64,000 bases of DNA from Macrostomum lignano (lineage: Eukaryota), in contig NIVC01000217.1 in assembly GCA_002269645.1 (NCBI GenBank), forward strand, positions 620,001 to 684,000, given 5' to 3'. The translations under genes and the position numbers were made by a program. The notes below the pieces were generated by a model. The model was not told the origin of the DNA and did no database searches. It worked only from the letters and a program-made list of their open reading frames with translations. Shown piece after piece: positions 58,994 through 64,000 of the stretch. How positions within the stretch are numbered: the first letter of the stretch is position 1; every line of letters begins with the position of its first letter.

Positions 58994-61900
58994 ATGAGTA
59001 GCCGGTCAGTCTACCAGGAGACGCAGTCCCTGGAGCCGCTTCTCCGCTGCCTACCAAAGCGGCCGGGCCTCTCTGGCCTGTTCCGTTCGTCGCTGCCGCC
59101 AGTGGAAGCCACCGCCTTGGCGGCTAGCACATACTGCCTCCTAGTTGGCACCAGTGTCGGCTCCGTGCACCTGTTGGATCGTTCCAGCCGGGCCTGCCAC
59201 CGGCAGCTCGCGGCGCCGCCCGCTGTCGCGTCCATCGTAGGCTCATCAGCTGGGATCGCTCCATGCACAGCCGCCAGCCTTGGGCACAGTCTGGAAACTT
59301 TGGCAGTGCTCGGCTTTCAAGATGCTCGCGTTGTCATCTACGTTGAGCCGCCGCCTCCGCCAGCCGGTTCGAGTTTTACTGCCAGTTCGGCGACTCCTGT
59401 TCAGCGAGGTTCGGTTCAGGTAGGTGCCCTGTGTGGGATTTATTAGTGTGTAAGATTAGATTAGAGTTCAGCATATTAGACCGATCAAGGGCGTTAATAG
59501 ATCAAGCTAGACTCAAGCTGAATTTCTAATTTAGCCAAAAATTAATGTACTTGGAATCGAGCCTCATTCCTCATTCGCGCTTTATCGTCCAGATCTTTTC
59601 ACACTTTCAGTCAGAGTGCTCATTCACACCTCATCCAGTCACAGAGTTCTCATTCACACCTCATCCAGTCACAGAGTGCTCATTCACTAACTTTGTCCTC
59701 CCCCCCTAGCAGCAGGTGCCTCTGTCGCCCTCGTTTCGCCGTCAAGCATTCCAACTGGCCTGCGGTCATCGCAGCCGCATCACGTCAATTGCTGTCAGCT
59801 TAAACTGTCAGAAAGTGTTCGTTGGTGATCGGGGCGGCACAGTGTCGCGTACTTTAGTGAACGTTCCGGATGGTTCGTGCGAATCTTCCGTCTTCTTAGA
59901 AGAGATGTCGCCAGTGGTGAAGCTGGAGTATTGCCAACGACGGTTGCTGGTGGCCACCGAAGCTCAGGCGGCTGTGTACTCGGATGACGGCTCGTGCGTG
60001 TGGATTGTCGGCGGCAAGCGCTGGGAGGTGAGAACCATTTTTTATGGGGGGAGAGATATTGTTAAATATATTGTTTGGTAGAGTAGGTAAGTACACAGTA
60101 GGGCAGGGTAGAGTATCTGCTAGGTAGATAGTACTCATAAAAACAGGTAAGTGGGTAGAAAGGTAATATGAGAGGCAGAGTAGGTAGGTAGACAATAAGA
60201 CAGTTACAGTAGATAGAGTCGGTAGGTAGATTATTAAGGCAGTTAGATGAGGTAGGTAGATAATAAAGACAGGTAGAGTAGGTAGGTAGATAATAAGACA
60301 GGTAGAGTAGGTAGGTAGATAATAAGACAGGTAGAGTAGGTAGGTAGATAATAAAACAGGTAGCGTAGGTAGGTAGATAATAAAACAGGTAGAGTAGGTA
60401 GGTAGATAATAAGACAGGTAGAGTAGGTAGGTAGATAATAAAACAGGTAGAGTAGGTAGGTAGATAATAAGACAGGTAGAGTAGGTAGGTAGATAATATA
60501 GACAGGTAGAGTAGGTACGTATATGATAAGACAGGTAGAGTAGGTAGGTAGATAATATAGACAGGTAGAGTAGGTAGGTAGATGATAAGACAGGTAGAGT
60601 AGGTAGGTAGATAATAAGACAGGTAGAGTAGGTAGGTAGATAATAAGACAGGTAGAGTAGGTAGGTAGATAATAAGGACAGGTAGAGTAGGTAGTTAGAT
60701 AATAAAGACAGGTAGAGTGGCAATGTATTATAGATGATAAGTCAGGTAGGCTATTGCATAATTAACAAGCGCCCCCTCCCCGCAGACCCCCAGCCCCCTC
60801 GGCGCCTGCTTCCTGCCCGACCCCAGCCTGCCCAGCCGGACCACCCTGCTCTGCGCCCAGCCCGACTGGCACCTGTGGCTGGCAGACCTGCAAGGCCAGG
60901 TGTCTGCCTCGCTCGCCTTGCCGCAGCCGTCCGCCGCGGCCCTACGCGCCAGGCCCATCCCACTGCTCACCCCGAGCCGTCCTCTGACCGAGCCAGACTC
61001 GAAAACCAACAGTAGCATTCGAGTAGTTCGAATCCCGTCAACTCGAACTGTTGCTATGTGGAATCGGGCAGCTCTGCATCTGTTGGATTTGGATAGCGGC
61101 GAGCTTGTTGGTTCCACAGATTTGCTGGCTCCGCTATTGGATGTGGTTGCTACCGAAGATGGGGAACTGATGGTTCTGAGGGCTGGCAGTCTCTATCCGC
61201 AGGTTAGTGCGCTGGGCTGGCTGTCGAAAATCGCTCTCTTACCATTTGAGAAATTCGTCCCTGTCGCCATTGGAAAAATCGCCCCCTCGCCATTAGGAAA
61301 AATCGCCCTCACGCCATTTAGAAAAAATCGCCCTCTCGCCATTTAGAAAAAATCGCCCTCTCGCCATTTGGAAAATCCCCCTCTCGACATCAGGAGAACC
61401 CTCTCGCCATTGGAAAAATCGCTCTCTATCCATTTGAAAAAATCACCCTCACGCCATTAGGAAAATCGCCCTCTCTCCATTTGGAAAAATCGCCCTCTCG
61501 CCATTAGGAAAATCGCTCTATCGCCATTAGGAAAATCGCCCTCTCTCCATTTGGAAAAATCGCCCTCCGAAATTAGAAAAATCGCCCTCGTCATTAGAAA
61601 AATCGCTCTCTCGCTGTTAGAAAAATCGCCGACTAACCATTAGGAAAATCGCCCTATCGTCATTTAGTAGAATCGCCCTTTCGCCATTTAAAAAAATCGC
61701 CCTCTCGCCATTAAGAAAATTGCCCTCTCTCCATTAGAAAAAAAGCGCTACATGTAGTTGCTGGGCGGAGGTCGCTGAAGGCGTTTCGCCCGGGTGCCCG
61801 CAGTCATCCTGCAGCGTCTCCCCTTCCCTCCCGATTTCAGGTGGTCCGTCTCAGCACGGACCAGTGGTCACCTGCTGGACGGACTCAGCAGCGCCCGACC

Positions 61901-63703
61901 TCAATGATTGAGGACGAATCTCTCGCCGAGTTGCCCCGTCTAGACGAGCGGTTCAACCTGCAGTCCCTGTTAGACCGGCTGCCGCTAGGAGAGCGCGCCG
62001 TCTCCCAGCTGCTGCAGTCCAGCGCCGACTCCGCCTCGGTTGCCGCCGCTGCCAACATCGAATTCGGCGAAGAGGCTCAAGAAGAAGAGAAACCAGGTGA
62101 TGTAGAAGAACCTTTCGATGACTTTAACGATCTTGCGGATGATAATGACGAGTTGGTTGTTCGACGAATCGTACCGAAGCTGAGCAGGCATGGGCCGCCA
62201 CCGGCTCCCGTCGCTTCTCCTACACCTGAGCCTCTTGCGCCGTCGACATCTTCCGCCTCTTCAGCAGCCGAACGTCGAGTTCGACAGCTGCTGGAACCGC
62301 TGACTGACAGTCTGGAGAGTCTGCAGGCTCGGGTGAATCAGCAAGTCAGTCAGAGGCAGCAGCAGCACCAGCTGCAACAACAGGCTGCTCGGAGTCGCCT
62401 GCTAGCTGGACTGCAGGCAGCTGACGGCGGTGACGATGACGACTTGGTGGACGAAGTTGTACACGGCGACTTCAACGATGCTTGTCTGCGATTTGGCTCT
62501 TTGGATTCCAAGGGAGATGGCGTTGCAGATCCAAATGATCAAAAGGAAGAAGATCCTACCAAAGATCCCAAGAATCACCAGGAAGATCCCGTCGCTGATC
62601 CCCAGAATCGTCAGGAAGATCCCATCGCTGATCCCCAGAATCGTCAGGAAGATCCCAAGAATCGTCTGGAAGATCCCAAGAATGGTCTGGAAGATCCCAT
62701 CGCTGATCCCCAGAATCGTCAGGAAGATCCCAAGAATCGTCTGGAAGATCCCAAGAATGGTCTGGAAGATCCCATCGCTGATCCCCAGAATCGTCAGGAA
62801 GATCCCAAGAATGGTCAGGAAGATCCCAAGAATGGTCAGGAAGATCCCAAGAATCGTCAGGAAGATCCCAAGAATCGTCAAGAAGATCCCCAGAATCGTC
62901 AGGAAGATCCCCAGAATCGTCAGGATGATCCCCAGAATCGTCAAGAAGATCCCCAGAATCGTCAGGAAGATCCCAAGAATCGTCAAGAAGATCCCCAGAA
63001 TCGTCAGGAAGATCCCCAGAATCGTCAGGATGATCCCCAGAATCGTCAGGAAGATCCCAAGAATCGTCAGGAAAATCCCGAAGAGCCGCTGAGTCCCAGC
63101 GTAGCCCTCGCCCGTCTCCAGTGGGCTGTCGATGATCAGCTTGCAGCTTCATCAGTGCTGCATCAGTCCACTGCCATCAATCCAATCCAGCAGCTGCCAA
63201 GCGGCCCAGCCAAATTGCAGCTTCTAAAAGATCAGCAGACCAACCGATGGTGGCCACACCACTGTCCGGAGCCGCTGACCAGCCTGTGCGCATCCGCTGC
63301 TCCCAGCCTGGAGTCCGGTACAGTCCTGTTCGCCACAAAGAGCGGGTCGGCCTACTCAGCTCGAGTGCTCAGCAACCAAGGCGACGCCAGGCTCCGCTGG
63401 CAGGTAGAGAGCTCTCTGGCTAGCGTTGTCAGCGGCGATCAACTGCTGCAGCTGCAGCCTGCCCCGCCTGACTTGGTGCTCCGTCTGACCGCTTCCGGCA
63501 GGAAATTGTCAGCTGGCCGGATTTCCGGCGTTGGATACCGCGTGTCGGAGTGGAAGACGGTGCGCGAAGGTGTTCGCTGCCTCGGTGCCGGGTCGGCCAG
63601 GTACCTGTGCGGCCTGGATGCCGGCGGCGGCGTATTCCTGGTGCCCCTGGCCGATGTGGGACAGCAGCTGCCTGGCGCGTCGGTGGAGTGCCCTTTCAGA
63701 CCC
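58994..63703 (+). CDS. TECPR2: TECPR2/HPS5-family WD40 and tectonin beta-propeller protein; continues beyond the window
   Basis: Exons 58994-59419, ~59710/13/16-60027, 60786-61202 and 61841-63703. The last is a 1.86-kb open frame missing from the ORF track because no stop occurs before the window end. N-terminus GLFRS...TAL...[17 protein letters not shown]...[14 protein letters not shown], and a TECPR-like repeat [29 protein letters not shown]. Confidence 0.75.
60080..60750. repeat. 29-bp minisatellite GTAGAGTAGGTAGGTAGATAATAAGACAG (TECPR2 intron 2)
   Basis: Visible tandem units. Confidence 0.95.
61225..61740. repeat. ~24-bp degenerate minisatellite AAAATCGCCCTCTCGCCATTAGG (TECPR2 intron 3)
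   Basis: Visible tandem units. Confidence 0.9.
62525..63080 (+). repeat. Coding 21-bp (plus 12-bp) minisatellite encoding (EDPKNRQ)n inside a TECPR2 exon
   Basis: GAT CCC AAG AAT CGT CAG GAA units, in frame with the flanking exon. Confidence 0.9.
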
Positions 63704-63716
63704 GTGAGTTGTGGCT

Positions 63717-63735
63717 GTCTGTCTGTCTGTCAGAG

Positions 63736-63775
<40 letters not shown>

Positions 63776-63823
63776 AGAGTGTCTGTCTGTCTGTCTGTCT
63801 GTCAGAGTACCTGTCTGTGTCTA

Positions 63824-63873
<50 letters not shown>

Positions 63874-64000
63874 AGAGTGTCTGTCTGTCTGTCTGTCAGA
63901 GTGTCTGTCTGTCTGTCAGAGTGTCTGTCTGTCTGTCAGAGTGTCTGTCTGTCTGTCAGAGTGTCTGTCTGTCAGAGTGTCTGTCTGTCTGTCAGAGTGT
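63717..64000. repeat. (TCTG)n/CAGAGTG microsatellite (TECPR2 intron 4)
   Basis: Direct. Confidence 0.95.

Overview
Eukaryotic, intron-containing genomic DNA. The organism is probably the flatworm Macrostomum or a relative; this is inferred from GC-rich, polyQ/polyA-rich exons and introns filled with minisatellites. Eight genes lie on the + strand: a BCR-like RhoGEF/RhoGAP (8 exons, with an in-frame TAG in exon 7), an Iroquois-type TALE homeobox gene, a fibrinogen-C domain pseudogene, an intronless DEG/ENaC channel (1-nt frameshift), a G-protein alpha-s subunit with two alternative first coding exons, a small RxRF-amide neuropeptide precursor, calcineurin B, and a TECPR2-like beta-propeller gene that runs off the window. 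The rest is about 25 distinct minisatellite/microsatellite arrays, two tRNA-derived CORE-type SINE copies, two hAT-type MITEs with 8-bp TSDs, other hairpins, and a decayed RNase-H LINE 3' end. Most long ORFs in the supplied track are repeat artefacts. The most unusual signals are (i) a dispersed minisatellite family whose unit is a complete 26-36 nt GT-branchpoint-AG intron-like sequence stacked with zero-length exons, with CAG|GT junctions also found in several intronic arrays; (ii) two alternative Galpha-s N-termini; and (iii) an 18-bp array amplified from the Pol III A-box of a SINE. Splice assignments come from GT-AG signals, phase and recalled family homology, not transcript data.
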